NCBI RefSeq assembly: GCF_963921235.1
Contig: NC_086118.1
Location: 28,460,001 to 28,524,000 of the forward strand
DNA length: 64,000 nucleotides
Direction of reading: 5' to 3'
Source of the DNA: Mobula hypostoma
Lineage: Eukaryota
In this document: in pieces, positions 63,541-64,000 of the stretch
How positions within the stretch are numbered: the stretch's first letter is position 1
Layout of the letters: the number at the start of each line of letters is the position of its first letter
Program-made: the position numbers and the translations under genes
The notes under the pieces: generated by a model
The model's input: only the letters and a program-made list of their open reading frames with translations
Told to the model about the DNA's origin: nothing
The model's database searches: none

Positions 63541-64000
63541 ATAGAATAACTTTACTATAATTAGCATGCTGATTGGTTTAAATTGATACATTTTGTTGCT
63601 GTTTTGGCTTAACGTGTTCAAGGCCTGCAGGATGCCAAGTCATGCAGATGAAACTGTTCCCAATTAATTTTTTCTTAAAGGGCAAGTTAATTACTTCAGG
63701 ATGTTACAGTTGAGTTACTTCAATTTATTCTTGACTTTGAGAAAGAAGAACCTCAATTTCAATTGTCTTTAATGTTTGGTTGTGGTTTCAAAAAGATTGG
63801 TTTTGACTGTGATGTCTTCTATTCTCAAACAGCTAGGCCACAAAACCTATTCAGGCTCATACACAGAAAATGTTTTGTGTTAGTCGGATATTTACCCACA
63901 CGAGGTTGAGTCACCTGAGTTCAGTCAGAGTTGTATAGCATTTAAATAGGTTCTTCAGCCCACGGTCAGTGCTAAACATTATACTAATTCAATACAAGAC

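Noticed and set aside
48282..64000. Further SEPT9 exons (GTPase domain)
   Set aside because: No GYVGIDSILEQ or FEFNIMVVG-like coding sequence was seen. The short ORFs are AT-rich intronic noise or LINE remnants.

Overview
Vertebrate genomic DNA, not prokaryotic; the repeat families suggest a cartilaginous fish, probably a ray (inference). The window holds part of SEPT9 on the + strand: an alternative first coding exon matching the isoform-2 N-terminus (21039-21093) and the large shared N-terminal exon (47634-48281). The rest is intronic or upstream sequence dense in transposable elements. These include a 12.2-kb decayed Gypsy LTR retrotransposon with four nested insertions (219-12427), CR1 and Rex/Babar LINE fragments, SINEs and hAT elements. 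Two fold-back Penelope-like insertions carry minimal hammerhead-ribozyme motifs. The standout is a 3.2-kb Mag-type LTR retrotransposon (42721-45953, - strand) with LTRs, PBS, PPT and a 5-bp TSD. In it, RT/RNase H/integrase are replaced by a start-to-stop, intronless copy of the host Sin3-HDAC corepressor gene SUDS3, fused in frame behind the protease. This looks like retrovirus-style transduction of a host chromatin-silencing gene; this copy is now pseudogenised. All homology calls were made by eye, without database searches.
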